A DNA stretch of 64,000 bases from Bryobacterales bacterium (GCA_963422375.2 CAXXKD010000001.1:64001-128000); one strand, 5' to 3'; counted from the first letter of the stretch, positions 47,889-57,699 are shown. The notes: a model not told the origin generated them from the letters alone. Translations and numbers: made by a program.

Positions 47889-49064
47889 CCCTCGTACCGA
47901 GCGTGCAGCGCACCGAGCGTGAAGCGCGCGCCCGCAGCGGGCTGCCGCGCTCAGCGCGGCGGGCGCCGCTCAGGCCGCGACCGCGGCCTGGCCGGTCAGC
48001 TGCCGGCCGGTCAGCGTCCGGCCGACCAAGCCCCGTGCCATGCGCCGCATCCGTTCCGCCGTGTCGCAGTCGCGGTCGTTGTACCGTCCCGCGAACTCCG
48101 TGAGGTAGCGGCCGAGATGACGGACGCTCATCCGGTGATAGGTTCCGTAGAGGCCGCGCTTGAACAGGGACCAAAATGACTCGATGCCGTTCGTATGCGC
48201 CGCCCCGCGCACGTACTCGCCGCCGGAGTGCCTGATGGCTTCGTGCGGGAACTCCGCCATGCCGGCGCAGGCCGCCGCCTCGTCGGAGTAGAGCTGCGCC
48301 CCCGGCGCGACGCGGGCGCGCACGAAGCCCTGCAGGTCGCCCTTGGCGGTGCCCGGCAGCGGCCGCGCGGCCGCTGCGTTCGTGGCGCGGTCCCGCGCCC
48401 CCGCCACCGGGGTCTTGCCGGCGGGCCCGCGCCCGGCGCGGGCCTTCTTCCTCTCGTGCTTGTTGCGTTCCTTGCCGCCGACGTAGGTCTCGTCCACCTC
48501 CACCGGGCCGGCGAACAGGCCCCGATCCCGCTCCCGGCACGCGCGGATGCGGTGCGCCAGGTGCCAGGCCGACTTCCGGCTGATGCCTAGGTCGCGGTGC
48601 AGCTTCATGCTCGAGACGCCCTTGATGCCGGTGGTCAGCAGGAACAGGGCGACGGCCCAGGTGCGGTAGCCGAGCTCGGTGTCGGCCATCACGCTGCCGG
48701 TGCGCACGGAAAAGCGCTTGCCGCAGCCGCGGCAACGGTACGGCATCGAAGGGTGGGCCGCGTCGGACTGCACGCTGGAGCCGCGGCAGCGGGGGCACGC
48801 GGGACCGTCCGGACAGCGCATGGAGGCGAACCACTTTTCCGCGGATTCGTCATCGGGGAACATGGCGATCACTTCGATCAATGTGATGCCTTTACGGAAC
48901 CACTTTCCGGGACCTGATTTCTTCATTTACGGTATCCCATACTGGAACTATTCTACCAAGAAACACCACAGAATGTCAACGGAAATTCGGAAGAAATATG
49001 AAATATTATTATGGCTTGATAATTTGCCGACTTGATTCCCTCGGCACTCAGATATATAATTCCC
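47889..49064 (-). mobile_element. IS1595 family element copy A; downstream end missing
   Basis: TIR TCGGCACTCAGATATATAATTCCC ends at 49064; near-identical inverted match to 50419-51605, after which the copies diverge. Confidence 0.9.
47970..48926 (-). CDS. IS1595 family (ISXO2-like) transposase
   Basis: Zn ribbon CPRC...YRCRGC, VEVDETYVGG, YSDE, HTNGIESFWSLFKRG, RYLTEF. Confidence 0.93.
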   Translation of the reverse strand: MKKSGPGKWFRKGITLIEVIAMFPDDESAEKWFASMRCPDGPACPRCRGSSVQSDAAHPSMPYRCRGCGKRFSVRTGSVMADTELGYRTWAVALFLLTTGIKGVSSMKLHRDLGISRKSAWHLAHRIRACRERDRGLFAGPVEVDETYVGGKERNKHERKKARAGRGPAGKTPVAGARDRATNAAAARPLPGTAKGDLQGFVRARVAPGAQLYSDEAAACAGMAEFPHEAIRHSGGEYVRGAAHTNGIESFWSLFKRGLYGTYHRMSVRHLGRYLTEFAGRYNDRDCDTAERMRRMARGLVGRTLTGRQLTGQAAVAA

Positions 49065-49229
49065 AAATAATTCCGCCTGATCAGAACACGACAGTCAATT
49101 CTATGACGCTCATAAACTGGTAGTAATACTATGTACATAAGGCAGTATATGACACAGATTGTCGGTGCTATTCATACAAAATATCTCCGGTAGACAATGC
49201 TTTCAACTCTTATCTAGAGTTCGAACTTA

Positions 49230-50379
49230 CTGAGGGGAGCAAGAGTCGATCTTCCCGTTCGCGCACTCTGCTGAAACCAGTTCCGAAAATTGAATGTGGT
49301 AGAATTTTTGCATGAATCCCTTCCAATGCGACGACTCTCGGCGACTTCGCAAGAAGCTTAAGATCACCGTCCGGAAGTTCGTAGTCACGCAATCCACCCT
49401 CGGCTATGTTCCGGAAGAACTCGCGACGAAATTCGGCATCGGAACCGGAACGGTCAAGTCCTGGGTGGCTAGGTTCATCGCCGGAGGCATGGGGGCACTG
49501 GACGACTGGCCCAGAACAGGGCGCCCTCGCATCCTGACCGAGGAGCACGCCCAGTGGATCTTCCATACCGACGTCGATAAGAATCCCCGGCAGCTCAAGT
49601 TCGAGTTTGCCTACTGAACCGTCCAGCGAGTCCGCCGGGCCTTCATCGACGAGTTCGGCATCGATGCGAGCCGCTGTACCGTCCGCCAGGTCATGCGTCG
49701 GCTCAGGCTCACGCAGCAGAAGCCTCGCTTTCGGGCGTTCCAGCGCCGGATGGGAAAGTCGCGCAATGGATTGACACGAAGATCCCGGAAATCAAGCAGG
49801 ATACCGAGCGGGAATGGGCCTTGATTATGTTCGCTGACTAGGCCGGAATGTGCTCCGACTATTACGTGGGAAGTACGTGGGAATTTCGTGGAAATATGAC
49901 CGCGATGACCTGCACTGTCAAGAAGTTTCTCTTCAACATGTTAGCAGCAATCAGCCCGTACATCCGCATCCATTACATGCTGCACAAGGGCACGAAAGAT
50001 GCTGGAATGTTCTGCTTTTTCGTGAAAAATGGCGGAATAGACTGGCAGAAAGGTGCGCTTTGTGGTGCACGTATGCCGGATTTACACGGCGCTAGAGGTG
50101 GCAAAGTTCCTCGATATGGAATTCGATTATGGCCACGTTTGGATTCATACTCTTCCGGTATACTCCCCGAATATGAATCCATATGAGCTGGTATGGCCGA
50201 ACGTGAAGTGGATGGTGAGCCAGAAATTCTTCAACACTAAGGACGATCTGTTGCGCCTGTTCGAAGCGGACTTCAAGTCGCCAAGGGACCTGACTGACAA
50301 GGTAACTCGATTCTTGAAAGAGCCCGATTGCCAGTACATTCTGGCGTGACCCGACCGATATGACTCTTGCACTCATCAG
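49230..50379 (+). pseudogene. Decayed IS630 element, homolog of 16875-18027
   Basis: Degenerate TIRs CTGAGGGGAGCAAGAGTCG / GACTCTTGCACTCATCAG with flanking TA; transposase 49312-50349 has stops and frameshifts. Confidence 0.92.
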
Positions 50380-50418
50380 TAATGACGACCTTGACATCTA
50401 AGGACAAGTCTAAGAATG

Positions 50419-51946
50419 GGGAATTATATATCTGAGTGCCGAGGGAATCAAGTCGGCAAATTATTAAGCCATTATAAGATTTCATATTTCTTCCGACTTT
50501 CCGTTGACATTCTGTGGTGTTTCTTGGTAGAATAGTTCCAGTAGGGGATACCGTAAATGAAGAAATTAGGTCCCGGAAAGTGGTTCCGTAAAGGCATCAC
50601 ATTGATCGAAGTGATCGCCATGTTCGCCGATGACGAATCCGCGGAAAAGTGGTTCGCCTCCATGCGCTGGCCGGACGGTCCCGCGTGCCCCCGCTGCCGC
50701 CGCTCCAGCGTGCAGTCCGACGCGGCCCACCCTTCGATGCCGTACCGTTGCCGCGGCTGCGGCAAGCGCTTTTCCGTGCGCACCGGCAGCGTGATGGCCG
50801 ACACCAAGCTCGGCTACCGCACCCGGGCCGTCGCCCTGTTCCTGCTGACCACCGGCATCAAGGGCGTCTCCAGCATGAAGCTGCACCGCGACCTAGGCAT
50901 CAGCCAAAAGTCGGCCTGGCACCTGGCGCACCGCATCCGCGCGTGCCGGGAGCGGGATCGGGGCCTGTTCGCCGGCCCGGTGGAGGTGGACGAGACCTAC
51001 GTCGGCGGCAAGGAGCGCAACAAGCACGAGAGGAAGAAGGCCCGTGCCGGGCGCGGGCCCGTTGGCAAGACGCCCGTGGCGGGGGCGCGGGACCGCGCCA
51101 CGAACGCAGTGGCCGCGCGGCCGCTGCCGGGCACCGCCAAGGGCGACCTGCAGGGCTTCGTGCGCGCCCGCGTCGCGCCGGGGGCGCAGCTCCGCTCCGA
51201 CGAGGCGGCGGCCTGCGCCGGCATGGCGGAGTTCGCGCACGAAGCCGTCAGGCACTCCGGCGGCGAGTACGTGCGCGGGGCGGCGCATACGAACGGCATC
51301 GAATCGTTCCGGTCCCTGTTCAAGCGCGGCCTGTACGGAACCTATCACCGGATGAGCGTCCGTCATCTCGGCCGCTACCTCACGGAGTTCGCGGGACGGC
51401 GCAACGACCGCGACTGCGACACGGAGGAACAACGGAGGAACAGATGCGGCGCATGGCGCGGGGCTTGGTCGGCCGGACGCTGACCTGCCGGCAGCTGACC
51501 GGCAAGGCCGCGGTCGCGGCCTGAGCGGCGCCCGCCGCGCTGAGCGCGGCAGCCCGCTGCGGGCGCGCGCTTCACGCTCGGTGCACTTCACGCTCGGTGC
51601 GAGGGTCGCAGCGGATCCGGCATGCCCCGGTGCGACCCCGGTCCGGCCCGGACCGTCCATGCAGGCCGTCGAGCGCCGGGGATCCGCTGTCTTCGGCCCT
51701 CGCAGGGCTTGCAAGCGGCTTGCAAGGGGTGCCCTGCCACCGCCAACCGGGTTCCACCGGGGCATGCGAGGTGGCCTCTCTAGTCCGTTCCTCGTCAAAC
51801 CCGTTGGCAGGCTCGATTCAGATACGATCCCACCCCTCCGTGCCTGCCGCGGCCGCACTCGAATGACCCGAGCTCGACACCGACCTCCCTGCGCAGAGCA
51901 GTTCTCGTCGGACATGGCGTCGTCGGCACTCAGATATATAATTCCC
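50419..51946 (+). mobile_element. IS1595 family element copy B with both ends
   Basis: Perfect 24-bp TIR GGGAATTATATATCTGAGTGCCGA; 8-bp target duplication TAAGAATG (50411-50418 / 51947-51954). Confidence 0.96.
50557..51524 (+). pseudogene. IS1595 transposase with a C-terminal frameshift
   Basis: Near-identical to 47970-48926; 11-bp tandem duplication ACGGAGGAACA (51421-51442) shifts the last ~25 codons. Confidence 0.88.
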
Positions 51947-52132
51947 TAAGAATGCCTCGTGAACGTCTTATCACGGAGATCGTATCCATCGAAACACCAC
52001 GCAAGTGACTATTCATATTCCCCAGAATAACTCCCGATTACTACAAGAAATTAGGATCGATATGGGATTGTTCATGTCTAGGAATGGCCGCAGTTAGTCG
52101 TTGTCATGGGATGTGATGGTTGCGTCCACTTC

Positions 52133-52639
52133 CTAGAATCGATTGATCTGTCGCTTTGCTAGGTTGAGGACAGTTGCGAGATGATCATCAGTTAGAATTC
52201 TCAGAGCTTCTACTATATGTTGCGCCGTCTTGACATTGAGAGGGTAGAGATCAGGATTCCAAGACAGCTGAGAAGGCGGCAGAGGCCCGACGCCTCGAAC
52301 AGACGCCATCAGGTGCATCCTAGCGAGCTCCTCGACACCGAGTTGTCCCGGTTGTTCTCCAACTGACCATGGGGCTGAGCCGAGAAAGTTCACGATCCTT
52401 CCGTCGGAGACGTAGCCTTGCTAGGTGCCCACGTTGCATAGCATTCGCTCCTGCTGTGACTCGAATGACTCGCGTCCCGCGCGCAGAATGCGAGTGAACC
52501 CACCTCGACCAACTTCTCCGTGCCTGGCGGGCGCCATCTCTCCACGGAGCTCACGTTGACGCCTAGGCAGATCGATCTGCGTCCGCCCGCTGGCACCGGT
52601 GCCATGTGATCTGATTCTGAGCCGTCCGCTAGATCGCAT
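52133..52639 (-). pseudogene. Unidentified gene remnant (two in-frame ORFs separated by one TAG)
   Basis: ORFs 52421-52639 and 52133-52393 share a frame; no recognisable motif. Confidence 0.35.
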
Positions 52640-52857
52640 GTCGGAAGCGGTGCGGCAACGGTCGGTTCGACTGGCTCGAATGGCTCGGCCGTCGGGCCGG
52701 CGGCTGTGCCTGCTCTCAGCGAGCGCGCATTGGCTGCGCTTGGAACTGAGCTCTGAGAGCAGGATTCCGGGCTAGGCGCCGCGGATCTGTCGGGCGACCG
52801 TACCGCCTTGACCCGCTGCCGTCAAGGGCTTGTCGGCGCCCTTGCTAAGATCGGATT

Positions 52858-54015
52858 GTGGCCTTCGTATCCGTTGAGGAGGCGCTTGAAGAGTTTCGCC
52901 GGGGCCGCATGATCGTCGTTGTCGACGACGCGGACCGAGAGAACGAAGGGGACCTAACGCTCGGCGCGGAACACGCCACGCCCGAGGCGATCAATTTTAT
53001 GGCCAGGCACGGCCGAGGGCTGATCTGCCTCGCCATGACCGAGCAGCGCTTGGACCATCTCGGGATTCCCTTGGTCTCGCAGCGGAATACGTCGATGTTC
53101 GGCACGGCCTTCAGCGAGCCGATCGATGCGGCGCGCGGAGTGACGACCGGCATCTCGGCTGCGGACCGCTCGCATACCATTCGAGTGGCGACCGCGCCGG
53201 GGACGCGCGCCGCCGATCTGGCCCGGCCCGGTCACGTGCAGACCCTGCGAGCGCGCCGGGGCGGCGTGCTTGTGAGGGCCGGTCAAACAGAGGCGGCTGT
53301 CGACCTTGCCCGCTTGGCGGGGCTAGTGCCGGCAGGCGTGATCTGCGAGATCATGAATGACGACGGAACCATGGCCCGCGTCCCGGACTTGCTGGAGTTC
53401 TGCCGGACGCATGGCATGAAAATGCTCGCGGTCGCGAGCCTGATTCGCTACCGTCTCGAGCACGAGACCTTCGTTAGGCGCGCCGCGGAAGGCTTGGTCG
53501 AGACCGAGTTCGGCGAGTTCAGGGTCGTCGCCTACCGGACCGACTTGGATGACGAGGTCCATCTGGCGCTCGTCGCGGGCGACTTAGAGAGCGTCGATTG
53601 CGCCATGGTGCGCATGCACTCGCAGGACCTGTTCGGAGACGTGTTCGGCTCCGTCTTGAATCCTAGCTATCGGCAGGTGCATGACTCGCTGCGCATGATT
53701 GCTGACAATGGCGCGGGAGCGCTGGTCTACCTGCATCACGGCGCGCTGGGATTCGACGTCGACGAGCAGGCGGAACGCAGCGGCACGATCCGGCCGCACC
53801 CGCAGCTGGCGCGCGGGCCTGCGGCGCGCCCGGGCTCGCGCCTGCAATACAGGGTCGGCATCGGCGCCCAGATACTCAAGGATCTCGGACTGACGAGGAT
53901 CCGTCTCCTGACCAACCGCCCGCGGCGCGTCGCCGGGCTGGAGGGATTCGGAATTCAGATCGTCGAACAGACCCCCATTCGCACTGCGGACGGCGCGGTG
54001 CTCGCGGCTCGCTAG
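52858..54015 (+). CDS. ribBA: DHBP synthase fused to a degenerate GTP cyclohydrolase II domain (RibBA/RibBX-like)
   Basis: DDADRENEGD, GLICL, TTGISAADR, RAGQTEAAVDL, CEIMNDDGTMAR; C-terminal GIGAQILKDLG...LLTN. Confidence 0.9.
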   Translation: MAFVSVEEALEEFRRGRMIVVVDDADRENEGDLTLGAEHATPEAINFMARHGRGLICLAMTEQRLDHLGIPLVSQRNTSMFGTAFSEPIDAARGVTTGISAADRSHTIRVATAPGTRAADLARPGHVQTLRARRGGVLVRAGQTEAAVDLARLAGLVPAGVICEIMNDDGTMARVPDLLEFCRTHGMKMLAVASLIRYRLEHETFVRRAAEGLVETEFGEFRVVAYRTDLDDEVHLALVAGDLESVDCAMVRMHSQDLFGDVFGSVLNPSYRQVHDSLRMIADNGAGALVYLHHGALGFDVDEQAERSGTIRPHPQLARGPAARPGSRLQYRVGIGAQILKDLGLTRIRLLTNRPRRVAGLEGFGIQIVEQTPIRTADGAVLAAR

Positions 54016-55307
54016 CGCCTCTGCGACCCGATCGCCCTCGTCAAGTCGCTCGGAAGGCCGCCGGCCCGCATCGCCTGCCGTTCGCGCTCTGCGATCTGCC
54101 TGTGCAGTTCCCGCTCCCGCTTGGCCTCCCTGCTCTTGCCGAGCCGCTGGTAGACCCGCGCGAGCCGGTAGTGCGGCTTGGACGAGTCCGGATTGAGGCT
54201 GGCGGCGCGTTCCAGATGATCCCGGGCTGATTCGAAGTCGCGCCGCTTGTCCAGCAGCACGCCCAGCTCGTAGTGTGCCTCCCAGAAGTCGTCCTTGCGC
54301 TTGATGGACTCCCGCAGCAGGGCTTCGATCCCTGCCATGGCCCCGGGGTCGGGGCGCGGTCCGAGCCGGGCCAGCTGCACCTGGCCGTACAGGAAGGGGC
54401 CGAAGTGGGTCTCGGAGTGCTCCTCGTGGAAGATCCGCAGGCGCCCCTCGACGTCGTCGATGCGCTTGCCCGCGTGCTGCAGCAGGCGTCCGAGGAATGC
54501 GTGCGGCTGTTCCATGCCCGGGGCGAGCTCGGCCGCCCGCAGGAACCGTTCCACGGCCTCGTCGAAGCGGCGCTGGCCGTACGCGGCGATGCCCAGCCCG
54601 ATCTCGATCGCGACGCTCTTGTCGAAGAACCTGCGGCCGACGAGAAAGGCCTGGCGGGCGGCTTCGAAGTCCTGCCGCCGCAGGAAGAAGTAGCCGAGGT
54701 CGTAGTGCAGCGATTCTTCGTACGGTTCCGACTCGACTGCCTGCCTGAGGTGACGCAATCCCTCCGCGGGCCGGTCCGACATCGCATAGGCCTTGCCGAG
54801 GGCGTTATGCAGCGCGGCGGACTCGCCCAACTCTAGCGCCGCCTTTCCGACCTCGGTGGCTCGCAGGGGCATGCCGGCCTGCAGGTACAGCGAGACCGTG
54901 CGGAGAAACGCCTCCGGGTCCTCTCTCGCTCGCGCGAATCTCTCCTCCCACTGCGCCGCTTCGGCCGTCTCGCCGTAGTCGCTGTAGAACATCGCTAGCG
55001 CGTGCTGGATGAGAGGATCGTCCTCGCCCCGCCTGGCGGCCTCGGCCGCGTGCCTGGCGGCCTGCGCGTGCAGGTTCAGCGTGACGTAGACCTGCGCCAG
55101 GCCGATCCACGCGCGCGCCTCGTCCGGGGACTGCTGGATTACGCGTTCCAGGATTTCCTGCGCTTTGGGCAGGTCGCGCGCCTGGAGGGCGATGAGTCCC
55201 TGACGGATCATCGCCTCGGTGGGAGAGCCGTCCGGCTGGGCGCTCGCCGCAGCGCTCGCGCAAAGCGCGAGCGCCCAGCACGCCAGCCACGCTCGGAACC
55301 GCGACAC
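54012..55307 (-). CDS. Exported tetratricopeptide-repeat protein
   Basis: Signal peptide then TPR-like helices (AHYELGVLL...PHYRLARVYQRLG); -10 TATATT 8 nt before GTG 55307. Confidence 0.85.
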   Translation of the reverse strand: MSRFRAWLACWALALCASAAASAQPDGSPTEAMIRQGLIALQARDLPKAQEILERVIQQSPDEARAWIGLAQVYVTLNLHAQAARHAAEAARRGEDDPLIQHALAMFYSDYGETAEAAQWEERFARAREDPEAFLRTVSLYLQAGMPLRATEVGKAALELGESAALHNALGKAYAMSDRPAEGLRHLRQAVESEPYEESLHYDLGYFFLRRQDFEAARQAFLVGRRFFDKSVAIEIGLGIAAYGQRRFDEAVERFLRAAELAPGMEQPHAFLGRLLQHAGKRIDDVEGRLRIFHEEHSETHFGPFLYGQVQLARLGPRPDPGAMAGIEALLRESIKRKDDFWEAHYELGVLLDKRRDFESARDHLERAASLNPDSSKPHYRLARVYQRLGKSREAKRERELHRQIAERERQAMRAGGLPSDLTRAIGSQRR

Positions 55308-55370
55308 CGAATTCCAATATAGATCGTCGGCACCCGCCGGGCGCTCGGCGCCTTCGATACACTGCACTGG

Positions 55371-56924
55371 ATGCTCCGAAAACCGTTGGCCGGCGGGGCC
55401 GTCTGCCTCCTCCTTGCAGCCTGCTCTTCGACCGGCGCGTCCGATCGTCCGAACATCCTCTTCGCGATCTGGGACGACGTATCGTATCCCCACGTTTCCG
55501 CCGCAGGCTCGAAGATGGTCTCGACACCTGTCTTCGACCGTGTCGCGTCGGACGGAGTGCTGTTCCGCAACGCATACGCGCCCGCGCCCGGTTGCAGCCC
55601 GACGCGGGCTGCGTTCCTGACGGGGCGTCATATCTGGATGATCGAGCAGGCGGGCACGCACGCCAGCTCGTTCCCGCGAGCCTACGTGTCCTATCAGGAC
55701 CTGTTGGAGGAGGCGGGCTACGCCGTCGGCTACACCGGCAAGCCTTGGGGGCCCGGCAGGTGGGAGAAGTCGGGCCGCACCCGCAACCCGGCCGGGCCGG
55801 GGTACACGGAGAAGACCTTGGACCCGCCGTACGACGGCATGCGCGACTGGGACTACGCTGCCAATTTCGAGGCCTTCTTCGAGTCCAAGCCCGAGGGGCG
55901 GCCCTTCAGCTTCTGGGTCGGCGGGAGCGAAGCGCACCGGCGGTTCGAGAAGGGCTCGTGGAAGAAGGCCGGGAAACGGCTAGAGGACGCCGAAGTGCCG
56001 GCGTTCTTGCCGGACGTCCCGGAGATTCGCGAAGACTTGCTCGACTACGCCGTCGAGATCGAGTGGTTCGACTCGCAGGTCGGACGCATTCTCGACTTCC
56101 TCGAGCAGAAGGAACAGATCGACAGCACGCTGGTGATCTTCACATCCGACAACGGAATGGCCTTTCCGCGAGCGAAGGCCAATCTCTACGACTACGGCAT
56201 CCACATGCCGCTGGCGGTCCGCTGGGCGGGCACGGGCCGGGCGGGCCGGGCGGGCCGGGCGGTGGACGACATCGTGCAGTTTGTGGACCTCACGGCTACG
56301 ATCTTGGACTTGGCTGGAGTGCGCCACCCCGGCGGCACCTCCGCGCCGGTCGGACGAAGCGTCCGCGGCATTCTCGAGTCAAGCGACGACGGCCTAGTGG
56401 ACTCCACCCGCACTCGGGCCTATTCGGGACGCGAGCGGCACTCCTCGTCCCGCTGGGCCAACCTGACGTACCCGCAGCGGTCGATGCGAACCCCGCAACA
56501 CCTCTACATTCGCAACTTCAAGCCGCAGCGCTGGCCCGCCGGCGCGCCGCAGAAGTACGCCGCCGACGGTCGGCTGGAGCCTATGCACGGGGCCTACCAC
56601 GACATTGACGCGTCCCCGACCCTGACCAGGTTGGTCGAGGGGCGCGCCGAGGAAGGCGTCGAGCAGTACCTTGAATGGGCGGTCGGCAAGCGCCCGGCGG
56701 AGGAGCTGTTTGATGTCGAGGCCGACCCCGGCTGCCTCGACAACCTCGCGCTCAAACCCGAGCACGCGATGCTCCTCGGTGAGCTCCGGGACGAGCTGGA
56801 TGCCTACCTGCGCGAGACCGGCGATCCGCGGGCGACGAGCGCTGGCGGCATCTGGGACGACTACATCCGCTACTCGCCCGTGCGGGTCTTCCCCAAGCCG
56901 CCCGACTACGGCCCGGAATACTGA
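55371..56924 (+). CDS. Sulfatase, lipoprotein (sulfamidase-like)
   Basis: Lipobox LAAC; RPNILFAIWDD; CSPTRAAFLTG; FTSDNGMAFPRAK. Confidence 0.92.
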   Translation: MLRKPLAGGAVCLLLAACSSTGASDRPNILFAIWDDVSYPHVSAAGSKMVSTPVFDRVASDGVLFRNAYAPAPGCSPTRAAFLTGRHIWMIEQAGTHASSFPRAYVSYQDLLEEAGYAVGYTGKPWGPGRWEKSGRTRNPAGPGYTEKTLDPPYDGMRDWDYAANFEAFFESKPEGRPFSFWVGGSEAHRRFEKGSWKKAGKRLEDAEVPAFLPDVPEIREDLLDYAVEIEWFDSQVGRILDFLEQKEQIDSTLVIFTSDNGMAFPRAKANLYDYGIHMPLAVRWAGTGRAGRAGRAVDDIVQFVDLTATILDLAGVRHPGGTSAPVGRSVRGILESSDDGLVDSTRTRAYSGRERHSSSRWANLTYPQRSMRTPQHLYIRNFKPQRWPAGAPQKYAADGRLEPMHGAYHDIDASPTLTRLVEGRAEEGVEQYLEWAVGKRPAEELFDVEADPGCLDNLALKPEHAMLLGELRDELDAYLRETGDPRATSAGGIWDDYIRYSPVRVFPKPPDYGPEY

Positions 56925-56979
56925 TTCGCCGGACAGGCGCGAGGGCGTGGGCGGTCGCGCCCTCGGAGCCGCCGCGGGC

Positions 56980-57666
56980 TCACGCCCCGTGAAGCAGGCG
57001 GACCGCTATCCGCAGTACCGGCCGGAACAAGACGGCGATGAAACACCAGGCTAGGAACAGGCCTAGAATTCCGAAGACTTGGTCTCGCGTGAGGCTGAAC
57101 CACCGTCTGGCGGCATGTTCCGGCATCAGCAGGCCGATCGCGGTATTGCCGTCCAGCGGGGGGACAGGCAGCAGGTTGAACGTCATCAGCAGGACGTTTT
57201 GAGTGAACAGGATGCTCAGGAACTGAGCGATCGGGGCCAGGTCGCCCGAGGCATCGACGACCTTGAAGAAGGTGATCGACGCTGGCACCTCGAATCCGCC
57301 CGTGGCCACGCCCACCCTGATCAGCACGGCCGCCGCGAAAGCCAGCAGGAGATTCGCGGCCGGTCCGGCCAGTGCCATCCACCCAGCCCTGCGAGGGTAC
57401 CGCTGCTCCCACATCGCGCTGTACGGGGCGGACGCCCATCCGATCATCCAGTTGTTGATGGCGAATGTCAGCAACGGGACCGCGACGGTCCCCAGGGGCT
57501 CGCGTCGGATGTGGGGCAGGGGATTGAGCGTGACCTGCCCGGCCGCGGCGGCGGTGTCGTCTCCGCCCTTCAGCGCGGCGAGCGCGTGCGCTGCTTCGTG
57601 GCACGTCAGCGAGAGCAGGAACGCTACGTACCACAGGCCGCCGAGGGCTATCAGGTGGGGGTCCAT
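56980..57666 (-). CDS. Site-2 protease (M50) family membrane metalloprotease
   Basis: HEAAH, ALAGPAAN, FNLLPVPPLDG. Confidence 0.93.
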   Translation of the reverse strand: MDPHLIALGGLWYVAFLLSLTCHEAAHALAALKGGDDTAAAAGQVTLNPLPHIRREPLGTVAVPLLTFAINNWMIGWASAPYSAMWEQRYPRRAGWMALAGPAANLLLAFAAAVLIRVGVATGGFEVPASITFFKVVDASGDLAPIAQFLSILFTQNVLLMTFNLLPVPPLDGNTAIGLLMPEHAARRWFSLTRDQVFGILGLFLAWCFIAVLFRPVLRIAVRLLHGA

Positions 57667-57699
57667 GGCGGATTCGCTCAGTCTATCCCAGCGAAGCGG

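Noticed and set aside
52640..52857. FMN riboswitch upstream of ribBA
   Set aside because: The conserved RFN blocks are not present.
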